Virus record (IMG/VR): IMGVR_UViG_2537561977_000023
Location: 1 to 10,687 of that record
From: a virus
Lineage: Duplodnaviria > Heunggongvirae > Uroviricota > Caudoviricetes
Strand: one strand, 5' to 3'
Length of the DNA: 10,687 nt
The notes under the pieces were generated by a model that was given only the letters and a program-made list of their open reading frames with translations, did no database searches and was not told where the DNA came from. Numbering within the stretch: position 1 is the first letter of the stretch; each line of letters opens with the position of its first letter. Positions 8,504 through 10,687 of this stretch are shown one piece after another. A program made the position numbers and the translations under genes.

Positions 8504-8764
8504 ATGTTCCGTTGTCCGCTTTGTGGCGCATCTGCCCGTATCCGCACCAGTCGTCCGGAAAATGATTCAAACACCGTGCGGCAAAAGTATTACCAGTGTA
8601 ACAACCTGGAATGCGGCGTATGCTTCTCAACACTGGAAGCTTTCCATAAATTCACATCAAAACACGCCTCCGGCGTTCACTCTTCAGAAGGTATCCCGTG
8701 GCATGAACTGCCAGCTTCACACAGGGGAAACAATCAGATGAGTTTGCCTTTACCTCAGAATTAA
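8504..8764 (+). CDS. ogr: Ogr/Delta-family zinc-finger late-gene transcriptional activator, 86 aa
   Basis: MFRCPLCGASARIRTSR...YYQCNNLECGVCF has the CxxC...CxxxxC zinc-binding pattern and close similarity to P2 Ogr as recalled (MFHCPLC...HQCQNVNC). ATG at 8504 with AGGGAGG 5 nt upstream. Sits after D, as in P2. Confidence 0.8.
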   Translation: MFRCPLCGASARIRTSRPENDSNTVRQKYYQCNNLECGVCFSTLEAFHKFTSKHASGVHSSEGIPWHELPASHRGNNQMSLPLPQN

Positions 8765-8852
8765 CAGGCAGAATTGCCGGAGTAACAAAAAAGCGATAGA
8801 TTACGTGCGGGTGCCTTTCGGCTGATGGTCGGAGGGAATACCCGAAGGCCAG

Positions 8853-9089
8853 ATGTGGAAAGGCCCCGGAAAACATTTTTGTTTAACCGAGGCCCTAACA
8901 CTTCTTACCTTCGCAAGTAGAAGGTTAGCGCCTCTCCTCTCAGGAGACAAGCGTTATGACGCAAATTCCGTTAAAAACCCTGTTACTTTGCATAACTGCG
9001 GTAGCGATAATCTGGATCCTCCACACATCACCGTGCGAGTTACGATTCAGGTTTGCTGGCACGGAAATTGCGGCATTCTTACTATGTAA
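8853..9089 (+). CDS. mok-like overlapping reading frame of the hok locus (translational coupling frame), 78 aa
   Basis: ORF begins 103 nt upstream of the hok ATG and ends 7 nt before the hok stop in another frame, the arrangement known for mok/hok. Its own sequence is not distinctive. Confidence 0.4.
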   Translation: MWKGPGKHFCLTEALTLLTFASRRLAPLLSGDKRYDANSVKNPVTLHNCGSDNLDPPHITVRVTIQVCWHGNCGILTM

Positions 9090-9096
9090 TAAGTAA
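8956..9096 (+). CDS. Hok/Gef-family type I toxin (small membrane peptide), 46 aa; absent from ORF track
   Basis: Translation MTQIPLKTLLLCITAVAIIWILHTSPCELRFRFAGTEIAAFLLCNK: N-terminal hydrophobic helix followed by the conserved C-E-L-R-F-R ... E-(V/I)-A-A-F core seen in Hok, HokB and Gef as recalled. AGGAG at 8942-8946, 9 nt before the ATG. Confidence 0.75.
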   Translation: MTQIPLKTLLLCITAVAIIWILHTSPCELRFRFAGTEIAAFLLCNK

Positions 9097-9184
9097 GATA
9101 ACCGCGACGGGGGAGTAATCCCCCGTCAATCGGTTGCTAAGGTTGGTCGAAGCGGCACCCTATCTCACTGGCATGAACAACAAA

Positions 9185-9216
9185 CCCGCAGCGTAAAAAC
9201 TGCGGGTTTTCTTTTT
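9185..9216 (+). terminator. Intrinsic terminator, plus-strand orientation (candidate 3' end of the hok transcript)
   Basis: Stem CCCGCAG/CTGCGGG with 8-nt loop, followed by TTTTCTTTTT. Confidence 0.55.
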
Positions 9217-9248
9217 GGTTCCCTCATTCATGAGGACACCAAAAACAA

Positions 9249-9278
9249 AGCCCACAGCATAGAATCTGTGGGCTTTTT
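9249..9278. terminator. Intrinsic terminator hairpin, possibly bidirectional
   Basis: Perfect 9-bp stem AGCCCACAG/CTGTGGGCT with 8-nt loop; TTTTT follows on the plus strand and TTGTTTTTGG on the minus strand. Confidence 0.55.
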
Positions 9279-9352
9279 GCATTCAAAGATGGACGTTATA
9301 TGGACACTTAAAAATAAAATCCATTTATTTTCAAATAATTAAACTTCTGCTT

Positions 9353-9374
9353 AAAGCGCCCGCAGGCGCTTTTT
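9353..9374. terminator. Hairpin immediately 3' of serS (likely serS terminator; T-run is stronger on the plus strand)
   Basis: AAAGCGCC-CGCA-GGCGCTTT perfect 8-bp stem with 4-nt loop, about 20 nt downstream of the serS stop (9395-9397). Confidence 0.5.
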
Positions 9375-9394
9375 AGATTCAGAAAAATTGGGTA

Positions 9395-10687
<1,293 letters not shown>

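Larger units (their letters stand above)
1..9100. mobile_element. P2-like prophage, late/tail-gene end (partial; left boundary outside window, right boundary somewhere between about 8765 and 9350)
   Basis: Contiguous set of P2-type genes (tail fibre cassette, invertase, U, T, E/E', FII, FI, D, ogr) followed by an intact host housekeeping gene (serS). The att core was not identified. Confidence 0.8.

Noticed and set aside
9100-9185. Possible tRNA or tRNA fragment as integration target
   Set aside because: No T-loop (GTTCRANYC) or acceptor/CCA-like arrangement found by eye; the region contains only the hairpin at 9106-9127.

Overview
This window is the late/tail end of a P2-like (FETUD-type myovirus) prophage lying next to the 3' end of host serS; the SerS protein looks Escherichia-like. 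Product and gene-symbol calls are from reading translations and recalled family motifs, not from a database search. Left to right: (1) a promoterless tail-fibre C-terminal cassette on the minus strand, open for 313 codons and running off the left edge (absent from the ORF track); (2) a 26-bp gix/pix-type crossover site; (3) a Gin/Pin/Cin-family serine DNA invertase (+); (4) U, T (tape measure), E and E+E', FII (tube) and FI (sheath), all on the minus strand; (5) D and ogr on the plus strand; (6) a hok/mok-type type I toxin locus, whose 46-aa Hok-like ORF is also absent from the ORF track; (7) hairpin terminators; (8) a complete serS (-). Main points for follow-up: the Hok-family toxin sits at the prophage/host junction; the FI-to-U block is inverted relative to D-ogr and to fibre-invertase, splitting the canonical operon; six apparent frameshifts in invertase, T, FII and FI are each repaired by adding one base to a homopolymer run (sequencing artefact or prophage decay, not decidable here); E carries the conserved -1 slippery site T TTT TTG. 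No tRNA, rRNA or CRISPR array was seen, and the att core could not be located.
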